DNA of 63,885 bases, the filler included, from Olpidium bornovanus S191 (Eukaryota; Fungi; Olpidiomycota): NCBI GenBank assembly GCA_017911155.1. It is 31 parts of 31 records of this genome, joined end to end, with 100 filler letters (N's around TTAATTAATTAA, not from the genome) between each part and the next. Parts side by side here need not be neighbours in the genome. Positions count along the whole stretch, not along the records: positions 1 to 1,544 come from JAEFCI010011744.1; positions 1,645 to 3,763 come from JAEFCI010010644.1; positions 3,864 to 5,164 come from JAEFCI010013345.1; positions 5,265 to 6,822 come from JAEFCI010013289.1; positions 6,923 to 9,519 come from JAEFCI010008542.1; positions 9,620 to 11,002 come from JAEFCI010001830.1; positions 11,103 to 15,069 come from JAEFCI010008635.1; 24 more parts are not named here. One strand, written 5' to 3'. Position numbers and translations under genes: made by a program. The notes beneath the pieces are model-generated. The model saw only the letters and a program-made list of their open reading frames with translations, was not told the origin of the DNA and did no database searches. Position 1 is the stretch's first letter, and every line of letters starts with the position of its first letter. Below, piece after piece: positions 1-11,188 of this stretch.

Positions 1-1034
1 CATGATCTCGCAGGAGATTGGGCTGCTTTCTCCCGGCGGTCTCAAGTCCCTCTGCCTCACCAGCACTCACTCGGGAAGGGCATTTATGTCCCCAACGACC
101 GCCGCACTTATGTTGTCGACCATCTTCGAGAAAGACGACGACAAGAGGGTGAGAATGGAGCCCGTCTCGATTATGATGGACTGAATTTGTTGGTTTTGGG
201 AGGATGGGGTCGACGCCGAGTTCGATCGTCAACCCACGCCGGAAGGCCTGGCTAGGCGCGGCCGTCGGGATTTTCTGCTCAGCCACTTTCGTCCTACTGT
301 CGCGACATTTGACCGTTGATGGATGGACGCTGTCGTCGAGGTGCTGTTTCCACCAGTAAGTGGCACGGTGGAGGACCGGAAGGGGCATCACGTTTTACGG
401 TAAAACTCTGTGTTATGGCTCACGCCCTTCCGCGACATCCCGTCTACAGGAGTGGCGGGACGCGAAGGTGAATAATGGGAGCGAACGGACGAACCGCGAA
501 GCGTTTAAAGAGGTTGGAATTTTTGAGGACAATTTCCGCGTCGGACCGGTCGTTTTTGCACCAACTGGCCTTCTTACCGGGGTACTCCTTTCCAGACAAT
601 TATCCGGCGCAACCAGATCGCTCCTCGAGCGCAGGCAGCGGGCGTGGCCGGGCAGATGTGCGCCGTATTCAGGCATCACGTGTCTAAGGCGCGGCTCAGG
701 CGCCTCGGCCAACGGGGCTTCCCCGTAATGGTCGTCACCGGGGACAAAGACAGGGTGGGTTTTGCGTTCGCTCCTCGCGTGTCTTCGCAACTTTTTCGTC
801 TGACGTTGCCGCCGCCGCCGGTGTTTTGCGCCTTTTGCCCGCGCCCGCGAAACCGCGGAGCTTTGTCAGCTCATCCCGCCGCACAACTCCACCTACCTCG
901 CACAGCACATCGGCTGTCCGCTCGTCGTGTTGGAGGGCGTCGGCCACGGGCCGGGCAGGCAGTGCACGGCAAAGTACAACGCCGTGCTCCTGCGGTTCTT
1001 CGAGCAGGCAGAGGGACGGTTGCTCGCCGACTAA
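1..1034 (+). CDS. Alpha/beta hydrolase, 3' part (multi-exon, 5' truncated)
   Basis: Post-nucleophile helix MISQEIGLL...KSLCLTSTH, the VMVVTGDKDR acid strand, and a last exon after a CAG acceptor reading LIPPHNSTYLAQHIGCPLVVLEGVGHG...LLAD* with the catalytic His (GHG); TAA at 1032-1034. Confidence 0.75.
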
Positions 1035-1544
1035 GTTGGCCCGCAATCAGGGGACCAGGCGGTGGACAGGATGCGGCCGTTATTCCTTGGAACCTTTCGA
1101 TGATTTTGCGGCGCTATCAATCCTTTCCTCACGGGTGCCCGCTTTCACATATATATGCGTCTTCCCCGCCGGCCCCGGGCCCGCCCCCTATGCTAAGCGG
1201 AAAAAACTAAATCAAGAACAGAAAAATACTACGTCTCCGGGACTGCACGGCAGGATTCGGGCGTATTTGCACGCGCGCTTCGCACCGGTGGGGGGAGGGG
1301 GGAGGGGGCGGGGCGCGCAGTGCGTCCGTGACTCGGTCTCCCCCTTCCCCGCTTTATTTTTTGTTGCGGTTTCGCCCTCTTCTTCCCGTCTTCTCCCCTT
1401 TAGTTGCTGTTCTGCCGTGTTAAGGGCGGAGCCGGGCTGCGCCGGTTCCCCCCCAGGAGTAGCACTTTGATGATCACGTGGCCAGTAGAGCGCATCGTAC
1501 AGTTCACAGCACTCCTCCTCGCACAAAGGGGAGGAGCGTCCATG

Positions 1545-1644
1545 NNNNNNNNNNNNNNNNNNNNNNNNNNNNNNNNNNNNNNNNNNNNTTAATTAATTAA
1601 NNNNNNNNNNNNNNNNNNNNNNNNNNNNNNNNNNNNNNNNNNNN
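1545..1644. other. Artificial contig-joining linker (N44-TTAATTAATTAA-N44); first of 30 copies in the window
   Basis: Identical 100-nt structure recurs at 1545, 3764, 5165, 6823, 9520, 11003, 15070, 17822, 20242, 21523, 24696, 27609, 29087, 31456, 34883, 36356, 39836, 41019, 42485, 43630, 46652, 49463, 50631, 53384, 55007, 56679, 57818, 59511, 60929, 62721. The 12-mer places stop codons in all six frames; genes are cut off at every copy. Confidence 0.97.
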
Positions 1645-1867
1645 CAGTCACTCATTCGGGTTTTCCGCGCCCGGGCCGATGAGCGTAACGCCCACACCAG
1701 GAGCAAACCGTTGCACCTGGGAACCTGACCAGCCGCGCTTCCCGGCGTTTGACCTTCCGCAGGTACTCGAGTAGCCGGGTACACTGCGTCGACTTGCCCG
1801 CACGGTCGCACCCTTCCAGGATTATGAGCGCCCCGCGCACCGGCCCCGGATCCGCCGGCTTCGTCAT
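1645..1867 (-). CDS. CDC8: Thymidylate (dTMP) kinase, first exon (3' truncated)
   Basis: MTKPADPGPVRGALIILEGCDRAGKSTQC...VRFP matches the dTMP kinase P-loop region; GT donor at 1716. Confidence 0.9.
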
Positions 1868-3541
1868 CGAGTGGCGCGAATTTGAGATCCAAGCGAAATG
1901 CTTTTTTTCCCCAGTGAATTTTGCAAGACAAACCGAACGATCAACAGAGATATCGCGCGGGCCCCGCCCGCCCTTTACCCGCCACCCTCCCGGGTTTTAT
2001 CAACAAAAAGGCGGACGCGGGTGGAAAGCGCGCGGCATCTCCCGCGGTCCGCACGGTTGCCGGCAAACCGCGACGCGAAAGGGAAAAGAAAAAAAAAGGA
2101 AAAAAAAGAAAAATAAAATAAAAAAGAGCCACCGGGCATCGCCCTCACAGGACACCGTGGCCCGGCGAGTCTCGATGAGCTCGCCGACGCGCGCCACCAG
2201 GCGTGCCGTCGCGCGCCCCAAACGCTTCCGGGCGCCGGGTGCGCGAAGCTCACAGGTTCCTTCGTTTTGCAAACGGACGCGCCGTCGCGGACGAGGCCCC
2301 TCGTTAGAACGCGCGTAAAAAAAAAGATATAAGTCACAAACGGCCGCGGAAAGTGGCGGCCCGTGCCTGATTTACGAAGGTAATCACCTTGACGAGGTAA
2401 ACTTGGTCAAGAACATATACACTACCGGGAAGTTTGAGGGAGGGGTGGGGGGAAGAAGGGGGGGGGGGAAGCAACAGAGCGGGAGGAGAACCGTGGTACG
2501 CGCGTCGGTAAGACCGGGAGAAACGTGCGCACACCATTCACGGTTCCCGCCGAGGCCTGCACGCACCGGCTTCGGAATTTGCACCCGCTTACCCGCGAGC
2601 GCGGCAACAACGGTGCAGAAGCGCTTCTCCAGCTAATGCGGAGGTTGGGGCCTGCGTACCCGCTCTTCTCTTCCGTTCGCGTCGAAGCAATCTCTGCTGA
2701 AGGAGAAGGGTTGGCTGGGTCCGTGTGGAGGGTGGGGTTGGGCGGGGAAGAGGGGGTGGCGGTCTCTTTTTTTTTTTGTTTTTTTTTGTCCTTGATACGA
2801 AAATTCGACCCACCATCTCCCCCAACCAGGATTTTTTTTTTGGTGTCTCCGTCCCACTCCCAACGGTTGACATGATCATTTCAACAACGGGTCTCCTCAG
2901 GTACAGAAATGGATCTGCCCGTCGCAGATGAGCTATCATGTACAAGCGCGGTGTTGGCACCTGGGGGTTTGTCTCAGATGTTTTGACAACTGCTACTTGC
3001 TGCACTCGCCTGCTTCCGAGCTTTGCCTGCACGCACCCTCTGAATCCTGGGTCGCTCGCCATTGACTGTTGAAGGCGACATCTTGCCTTGGCCGGGAAAC
3101 ACCCCGTGTGTCAACGCTCCTCGCGTAGGTGAAAGACCCTTACTTGGATCAACGGAGGCTCCTTTTTTGGCACGTGTGCAACCCACGGCGTTAAAGCTGG
3201 TGCCGCGTCCGCTAAACTGCGCGTAAGGTGGAAATTGGAAAAGTCTGAATTGGATGGTGGTGACCTTCGGGCCGCGGGGGGGGGGCTGCTTCCAACGAGA
3301 CGCCCGTCGACCGCGCCCTTCGTTGAGTTTATCGACTGCGCCGGCAGTCTGCTGTTGCCGGGGACTGAACCGATGGTCCGGTTTCTGGGTGATGGGAATC
3401 GTTGTGCTCTTCCCCACAGTATACCGTTCTGCGACTGCTCTATCCCCGCAGTTTGACGCCAATGCCGCAAGGCTCATAACCGCGGTGCGCTCGCCGAGGA
3501 CTGCGTCGTCGTAACCGGGAACTGTCTTCGGGAACACTCAC

Positions 3542-3677
3542 CGCTGTTCCCCAAGGAAGTCGTCGTTGTTGCGGCCATTCTTCAGTAAATCCAGATTAAG
3601 TTCTGGCAATAAAATGGTAACCGGGATTCGTGCCGTCATTTTCAGCGCCGCACGCAAGTTGAGTCGAGTTACAACGC
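3542..3677 (-). CDS. Exon of an unidentified multi-exon gene
   Basis: Pyrimidine tract plus CAG acceptor and GTGAGT donor bracket one open frame, VVTRLNLRAALKMTARIPVTILLPELNLDLLKNGRNNDDFLGEQR; the other two frames have stops. Family not recognised. Confidence 0.35.
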
Positions 3678-3863
3678 CTGTAACAAGGCCGGAGCTCGCG
3701 TCGAAAAAGAGCAAGGGAAGGGGCTGCCTGGAGGCCAATTTTCTACGACATCACGCCTGCATGNNNNNNNNNNNNNNNNNNNNNNNNNNNNNNNNNNNNN
3801 NNNNNNNTTAATTAATTAANNNNNNNNNNNNNNNNNNNNNNNNNNNNNNNNNNNNNNNNNNNN

Positions 3864-5163
3864 CATGGCAGAGTGCTTCTGTATCCGTTTTCGACCGTGA
3901 CGAAAAACCTCGCAAGTTTTTCGGGCGGGATCGAGAAGCGCGGGCCGAACTTTTGTTTTTCGAAGAGGTAATGAGCGAGGACGCTCAGCGTGCGACCGTT
4001 CGTTTCCCGTTCGAAGTCGAAGATCGGCCAGTCCCACTCCTCGACCCGCGCGAGCAAGCCCATCACCGCGTCGGTGAAAACCGTCGCCGTCCCGTCGCTG
4101 ATGGAGACCGGTCCTCGCGGAGAGAGGATCTGGAGCTTTTCGGCCTCGAGAACATCCCGGGACTTCCGGGTGGCGCCGGACCCGCCCAAGACGCACAGAT
4201 TTTTGTGCGAATCCGCGCGCGTTTCGGCGGACGCCGCGGGGGCTGGGACCACCGCCAGCGGTTCCAGCACGTTCGCCGTCGATACTATCAGCGACAACGT
4301 GGTGGACGCCTTTCTGCGCAACGTCGTGACGGAGCTCCGCCTCGGCGCGTTGGAAAACGTGATGCTCCGCCGCCTGGCGGCCGTTCGAGGCCGATGCTTG
4401 CGCTGTGTCAACTGTTAAGTTCCAGACGAGCGGAGGCGGCAACTCGCAGGATTATTATGCGGCTGGGCCGTACGCGAAGAAATAAACCGAAAGGCTGATT
4501 TGAGAAACCAAAAAGGAGGGAGACGGAAGATCTCACCTCAGAGAATAGCCAGGCTTCCTGGTCGGCGGAGATCTTTACCTGTCCGCCCTCTACTTGGCCC
4601 TCGAGGTCCGGTAGAAGGATGTTGTCCGAATTCGTTAGCATTTCTAGGATATTCTCTAATACGTTTATTTGCGATTGAGTTACTGCAGGGTCGCTGAAAC
4701 AGCGGAACGGCGGGAAAGGCAAGGGGAAATCAATTGTAAGCGTGACAATCGCGAATCAAAAAAAAAAACTAAACCGGCAAAGTCAAGGCAATTTTCGGGC
4801 ATCGCACCAAATCAGCGAGCGGATGGCGGCTATCGACTTCTCCAGCGGAGAGTCAAAATCCGCCGCCTGGTAAAGGTACGTTTTCCGGAGGCGTTTAAGC
4901 TGGTCGATGAGCTTCCCAGCCTGTTTGGTGTAATGCCGCTTCTGCATAAACCGGTATCTAAACGAGCCCTCGCTCTCGTGGGCCTGAAAGCACGCGACGA
5001 CGCCTATGCTCAGCACGCACGCAGCGGAGAACCAGGCGTTGAACGTGTCCTTCGCGTGTAGCAGCGAGACCAGGCCGAAGCCCAGGCTGAGCGTAGGGGC
5101 GAACGCGAGGGTCCAACGGAACTTGATGCGCATTAAGGACAGCGGGCAGTAAACCTTCACCAT
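3864..5163 (-). CDS. Class I 3',5'-cyclic nucleotide phosphodiesterase with upstream transmembrane segments (partial at both ends)
   Basis: EWDWPIFDFERETNGRTLSVLAHYLFEK...FSIPPEKLARFFVTVENGYRSTLP is the start of the PDEase_I catalytic domain, just before YHNxxH. Upstream exons encode hydrophobic helices and ADFDSPLEKSIAAIRSLI-C-DPAVTQSQINVLENILEML, spliced in frame. Confidence 0.85.
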
Positions 5164-5831
5164 GNNNNNNNNNNNNNNNNNNNNNNNNNNNNNNNNNNNN
5201 NNNNNNNNTTAATTAATTAANNNNNNNNNNNNNNNNNNNNNNNNNNNNNNNNNNNNNNNNNNNNCATGGCCGTAACGTATACCACCGCCATCTCACCTGG
5301 AGATTGTTTAGCTTTTCCCCCATATTGCTACATCGCGCGATTCCGTCAATTTCGGCAATTGCAATGCTGGCGAGCGGGGCGGAGCGCACCGTCGCACCTT
5401 GTTAGATTTGCGATTTGGACTTCTTTCGTAGCCGGTCGACGATTGCGATGCGGTCCTGCAGTGTTCCGGTCGTGCGTGCGCGCTTGCGGAATTTTCGACA
5501 TATGCGGTTGTCGCGCTGTCTCCCGCATGTTTGGGATAGGCGCGATAGTTACTAAACAAAAGCAGCAAAACATCAGTGGGTCTGCGCGATAGTGTGGGTT
5601 TGTCGACACGCGCTTCGGACAGCCGAGGTGGTGTAAGATGCCCACCACGTATTGTCCACATCTGTCGACGGCTGTGTAGAGCAAACTGAAGCCGGCGGCG
5701 GCCGGAACTGCAGCGAAGGCGTCAAAAAAAATCCGTGTCTTCCGCAGGTGAGCCGGTTCGAACCGCGACACGCCAGGAAGGAGAGAAGGAACGCCAGGGC
5801 AAAAAAAGCGCTCGGGTCCGGACCGGCATAC

Positions 5832-6387
5832 CGATAAGATCGCAGGGTCGCGAGGCAGGGCGGAGTCGTCCGCTGTCCGCGGCGCCGGCGAAGGTTTGGG
5901 CGCGCGGGACCCCGGCGCGAGTTGTGAGGCCGCGCAGCCCGACGCGCGTCCCGTTCGAGAGCAGCCGTCGTGCACGATTTTGAGGTCCAGGATGCGGGTC
6001 GCGGCGATGCTGAACCGCGCGAGGTGGGCCCTTGTGCCGCTTTGGCTGAGGGCGACTGTTTCCCGGAGAAGAAGCGAGCGGGAAACCGTCAGAGGTATGT
6101 GCGTGTGACCCGCGGTCCAGGACATGCACACATACAACTGTTCGCGCGGGAAGGAGGAGGTTCCTTTATCTCTCTCCCTCTCTTTCTTTCTCTCCCTATC
6201 CCTCTCCCTCTCTCTCTCTTTCTCTCCCTCCCGCCGCGGTTTTGCTTTTTTTTTTTTTTTTATGGTTCTTACCGTCTTCCAACGTAAGCTTCTTCTCGAC
6301 GGGGTCAAACTCTGCGAAGACGCCGCTCAGCGAGGCGTCCTCCTCCAGCAGCAGCGACACCCGGGAGCCGATGAAGGCGTCGACCAT
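5832..6387 (-). CDS. LSm-domain mRNA decapping factor, Edc3-like (N-terminal exons)
   Basis: Spliced MVDAFIGSRVSLLLEEDASLSGVFAEFDPVEKKLTLEDVALSQ...FSIAATRILDLKIV...PRDPAILS resembles the N-terminal LSm fold of Edc3/Lsm14-type proteins; intron phases are compatible. Confidence 0.55.
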
Positions 6388-6448
6388 TTCTTCTTGATTT
6401 TGAGGGGACGGAATTGGAAAAGAAATGTCGGATAGAAAGCGAGCGAAC

Positions 6449-6459
6449 GAGAGAAAAAG

Positions 6460-6501
<42 letters not shown>

Positions 6502-6580
6502 GGAGAGAGAGAGGGAGAGAGAGAAAGAGGGAGAGGGAGAGAGAAAGAGACCGAGAGAGAGAGAAAGAGAATGAGAGAGA
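6449..6580. repeat. (GA)n-rich microsatellite upstream of the LSm gene
   Basis: Imperfect GA dinucleotide array; similar arrays near 14160-14240, 20845-20890, 33050-33105, 54850-54910. Confidence 0.9.
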
Positions 6581-7966
6581 CGGCGACTTGACGCCGCGTG
6601 TCGAATCGCGCGTGGAGGAACGTGGCCGACGCAGAGGCGGGGCGGGGAGGGTGGGGCCGGGGCGTGCGGGGTCGGGGGAAGCGGGAAGGGGGCGGCGGGT
6701 CGGGGGGGGGGGGCTGTTGCCGGCGTCTTTTGGGCCGGGCGAAAAAAAAAACGGAGCTCGCCTCATCCTTCCCAGTGGCTGCCTGGGCTTCGGGGAACTT
6801 TTTCCACCTTGGCAAATTCGCGNNNNNNNNNNNNNNNNNNNNNNNNNNNNNNNNNNNNNNNNNNNNTTAATTAATTAANNNNNNNNNNNNNNNNNNNNNN
6901 NNNNNNNNNNNNNNNNNNNNNNATCTACTAGGTAAACTAAATCGGCAGCAGCATCCAACAAGCACCTGCCTCTCGGAGAATTCCCGGCTCCTGCCGTCTA
7001 CTTTATGCGAACCTCGGGAGAACGCTCTGTTGCCCTGACCATGATTTGCGACACGGATTGGGCTGGATGTCGATAAACCAGAGCGTCTCCTCCGGGTAAG
7101 GTGATCATGCACAATTGCGGCTTCATCTCATGGCACTTCTGTCTGGCAAAAATGCTTCGACACATTGTCATACGAAGGCGAGTTCCCCGCTGGATCTGCT
7201 GCTGCCCAGGAGGCAAATTTGAGCGATCCCTGGTGGAGAGCGTTAAAACCGTGACTCTTAGATAGCAGTACAGTTGATGATAGAAAACACTGGCACCTCT
7301 AACCTGGCAGCCGACGCCAAAACTTTGCGAAGGTTTAAGCATATGAATATCAAGTACCAACACATGGGGTGGCGCGCAGCTGAAGGAATCATGCCACGTC
7401 GAAACAGCCCAGAATTCTGCCGACATCTTTGACAAACCTTTGCAAAGGGTGAACTTCGGCAAGTTTGCGAAGATGCTTGGGCCACGAGAAATCTGATTAA
7501 CAAAAAGTGCCAAGGGCCCAGTAGATTGGCCGACCACGGGACGTGGAACATATGGCCCGTGTTGAGGGGGAGTGGAGAAGAAAGAGGAAAAAGGGGGTTC
7601 AAGTCCTTCTCAAGTTGCAGCGTGCGGCACAGGCAAGTGCCGCTCCAACTCTCAGTGATTTCGTTGAAAGCCCACGCTACGAATGGCTAACGTCAGAGAG
7701 CGAACGACGGGCTCCTCTTGCAGATGTCGACAGAGAAGCCCTGCTTCGCCTCTGCTTCCCGCCTCCCCTCGAGCTCTCGAATTCTGTCGTGCGCGCGCGT
7801 TCCGTCGTCTCCTTTGCCCCTCGGGGACTCGGCGGTTTTCCCCCCGCCGCTCTCCGCGCCCCGCCCGCCCGCCGCCCTCCCGCCTTCCCCGCGCGGACAC
7901 CCCACCCTCTCCCCAACGGGGAGGAGAGAGGACGACGCGCACCCTCCCCGCTCCTCCCCGAACGAC

Positions 7967-9001
7967 ATGAACCCCGCCTGCCGCTGCGGCTGGGCCGCCG
8001 CCCCGCGGACGCTTTTCCCGCGCCTCGTCGGCCACGCGGCCGGCCGCACCCCGCGCGCGAGCGGCGGCGGACCGCGCCCCCTCGCTTCTGCGGCTGCGGC
8101 GATGGCGGCCGCCGCGCGCGCTGGTTGCACCGGCGTGCGTGCCGCCCCGGCCTCGCCGCTGCCGAGGGCGACCGTCGGCCCCGCCGCACCCGCCGCCGCT
8201 TCTGCAGCCGGCGTCCCGCCGCCGCCAGTGTCCCACCGCTGGCCCGGCGGATCCTGGCGGGGTTTCGGCTCGGGCGCCGCCGCGCTGGCGTCGGAGGCGT
8301 CCGGAGGAGTCCACAACCCCGCGCAGCTCGTCAAGGCCGCGCAGGAGGACCTCGAGGCCGGGGTGACGCTGATGGAGGAGGGCCACGTGCAGCTTGCCAT
8401 GGACAAGTGAGCGAGCAACCCCACCGGAAAAGGAGGGGGGGGAAAAGCTCCCGTGATAATTTTTTGCCCCCTTCGTCTGGAATCGCCGGCTGCGGTGCGG
8501 ATGCTTGCAGGTGGAGGAGGGTCAGGACGAAGAGGATGGTGGGGTGGGTGGGGCTTCCTCAGAGATCTTGGGCCGCTATATTGCTAACGCCCCGACGGTT
8601 CTCAACGCTGAATAATTGCTTGCCGCAGGTTCCAGAACTCCATCCTGCTTAACCCGACGGCCCTCGCGTACTACAACCAGGGCGTGGGCTACTACAGCCA
8701 GAACGACGTCGGACCGGCGATAAAGTCGTGGGAAAAGGCTATCGCTATGCAGCCGGATTTGGCCGACGCGTACTGCAACCTCGCCAACGCATACGTGGTA
8801 CGGACACTGCCACCAGCGGGCAACCCTAAACATCACAACTTGATCTTGCCGCGCCCGCCGTTTTGCGCCCGCCAGCGACTTTCACCCCGTTTGCCTGTCA
8901 AAAACAAGCAAAAATGAAACGCGGCTTCGTTGCTCGCCTTTTTTTCCTAAACCTTTCACCCGCTCGGGCTCCTCGCACGCTCTCTCAATTCGCGCGTCCC
9001 C

Positions 9002-9038
<37 letters not shown>

Positions 9039-9327
9039 GCAGTCTAACCTGAAGGACACGAAGCAGGCCCTTGACCACATCAGCACTGCGGCGCGCCTCT
9101 CGCCTACGGACCCGGAAATCCAGTTCAACTACGGCCTCATCCTGGACCGCGCGGGCAGGCTCGAGGAGGCCGTGAAGCAGTACAACGTCGCCAAGGCTCT
9201 TGGCGTTGCCAAGGCCGAGGCGCTGGCCCGCAACGCCGGGGCCAGGCTGCTGGCTGTCAAGCAGCCGGACGATGCGGTCGGAAAGGGTGGCGCGACAACG
9301 ACTGACAACGAAGGGTCCACGAAATGA
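7967..9327 (+). CDS. TPR-repeat protein, probably mitochondrial; join(7967..8406,8629..8797,9043..9327)
   Basis: TPR-like helices ALAYYNQGVGYY...AIKSWEKAIAMQPDLADAYCNLANAY and PEIQFNYGLILDRAGRLEEAVKQY. Splice sites keep frame; GCTAAC branch point at 8583; Arg/Ala-rich N-terminus. Start codon is inferred. Confidence 0.8.
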
Positions 9328-9619
9328 GGTTCGGAGAACGCGTTGGTCATATCGGAACGGGCAATGAGGCGCTCGATATAGAGTTCGCGCGCCCAGTCCG
9401 TCCACACCTTGATTTCCCTCCCGCCTCCTTCGCCCCCGTCCAATTCCCCTCCCCTTCCCGATGTGCGCGGTTCGCCTGCGAACGGCCGCGAATGAGTCCC
9501 AAGCGTGGGTTGGGCCATGNNNNNNNNNNNNNNNNNNNNNNNNNNNNNNNNNNNNNNNNNNNNTTAATTAATTAANNNNNNNNNNNNNNNNNNNNNNNNN
9601 NNNNNNNNNNNNNNNNNNN

Positions 9620-10480
9620 CCTCCAGGAGGAGTTGCACCACCAGGAGGAGGCGGCGGATTTTCCGGAGACCGCCCCCTAGTCTTGGAGGGGAGGCGGTCA
9701 GGACGGGAAAGTCCAATGAGGCGTCACGATAGGGAAGGAGGCGGAGGGCTGAGGAGGCAAGGAGGCGTCGAGGGCAGGTTCGAAGGGCAGGATGGGGAGC
9801 AGGATAGCCTGGGCGGAGGGCAGTCTCGCGTGCATGCAGTATAAAAGACGGTAGACAAGAAGGTGAGGCCCGTAGCGGCCGGGCTGCCGCCTGACGCCCA
9901 TGAACGGTGAGGTGCGGAAAACGAGCACTCGATGGCCCGAGTTTCCTTTGAGAAGATCGCGAGTTCGTTGCTTTTATTGCGTTCGATTCTACGTTCGGTT
10001 TCGTTCGTTTGGTGCGTTCAAGCTCAGAGGAGAAGAAAAATCTATCTGCGTACAGCCGTCGAACGCGTAAACTAGCTGGGGGAAAGAAAATCTATCTGCG
10101 TACAGCCGTCGAACGCGTAAACTATCACCACGCGTAAATAAAAATCAAAAAGCAATAAACGGGCGACTCGAAGGGGGCAGACTCAAATCAAAAGTTACAG
10201 AATCGAACTTGAATAGAATGAAATCAAATCAAATAAAGTACAATCGAAATCGAAACAAAATAAAGTCGAAATCAAAACGGAATAAATCAAAATCGAAGTT
10301 AACAAAATTCACACCACACCGCTCCGATCGAAGCATACGGCGGCGGTCAGCCGGTTCTTGCTGGAAAACATACTCTGCAGGTATGGGCCTTGCGTACGCA
10401 TCAGAGCAGACAGGGGGGAGTTGCGTCCGAAGGACGTGCGTGAGTTCTTCCCGTGGTTCGGAATAGACATACAGATAGAG
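9620..10480 (+). mobile_element. Probable end of an LTR retrotransposon: ORF end, polypurine tract and LTR-like segment
   Basis: TAG (9678-9680) followed by GGAGGGGAGG (9685-9694), then a (TG)TCAGGAC-like start; TATAAAAG at 9840; internal direct repeat. The right boundary is uncertain. Confidence 0.45.
10037..10124. repeat. 38-bp direct repeat, 2 copies, 50-nt period
   Basis: AAAATCTATCTGCGTACAGCCGTCGAACGCGTAAACTA at 10037-10074 and 10087-10124. Confidence 0.9.
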
Positions 10481-10702
10481 TCTGTCAGACCAGTACGTAC
10501 TGGTTTATTATAATAGTAATTATAGTATGAATTATACCGTACCAATTAAGATATGTATTATGCTTACCAATACCTTAAGGTTATCGATAAGGGTGTACAG
10601 CTTATAATAGGAAATGGAGTGAGTGTAAATAGATTGATTTTAACTAATACTACAAGATATTACACCTAATTAATTTAAACCATTTATTTAAGGAAATAGT
10701 GC

Positions 10703-11002
10703 ACATACAATCCGGAGGCCAATGGGAAGGCCGAGCGCGGCCATCAGACCCTGGTGAGTGCCTTGGTGAAAAGTTCGGGCTTTAGCGCCAAGCGTTGGGT
10801 GGATCTTTTCTCTTTTGCCCTGTGGGCGGATTGTACCACCACGCACAGGACAACGGGATACGCGCCAATCGAGCTGCTCCTTGGGGCTAGGCCGCAGTTG
10901 CCGGTGGAGGATGCAATAGCGAGTTGGGCGGTTTTGCCATGGGCGGACCGAATGTCGCGGGAGGACCTTCTGGCGGTAAGGATGCGCCAGTTGGAGCGGA
11001 GG
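10703..11002 (+). mobile_element. Ty3/gypsy integrase core fragment
   Basis: YNPEANGKAERGHQTLVSAL...WVDLFSFALWAD...TTGYAPIELLLGARPQLPVE...SREDLLAVRMRQLERR: typical rve-domain C-terminal half including the catalytic Glu region. Confidence 0.85.
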
Positions 11003-11102
11003 NNNNNNNNNNNNNNNNNNNNNNNNNNNNNNNNNNNNNNNNNNNNTTAATTAATTAANNNNNNNNNNNNNNNNNNNNNNNNNNNNNNNNNNNNNNNNNN
11101 NN

Positions 11103-11134
<32 letters not shown>

Positions 11135-11188
11135 ACTCCCCCAAGCATCCCCGTCGCTTTTCAACGCGCGAGCAAGCCGCCGACCTAC

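Noticed and set aside
1589-1600. TTAATTAATTAA as a biological motif (PacI or homeodomain site)
   Set aside because: Always centred in exactly 44+44 Ns; it is an artificial linker.
2880-2970. HxxxxD acyltransferase motif in LYMIAHLRRADPFLYL (minus strand)
   Set aside because: A single short motif without the other acyltransferase blocks; exon structure unresolved.
5750-5770. GGTTCGAACC resembling a tRNA T-loop
   Set aside because: No acceptor stem, D-arm or anticodon arm can be folded around it.
6923-7600. Possible gene or TE remnant upstream of the TPR gene (weak isochorismatase-like LASAARLEVPVF)
   Set aside because: No consistent frame or splice model and no follow-on motif.
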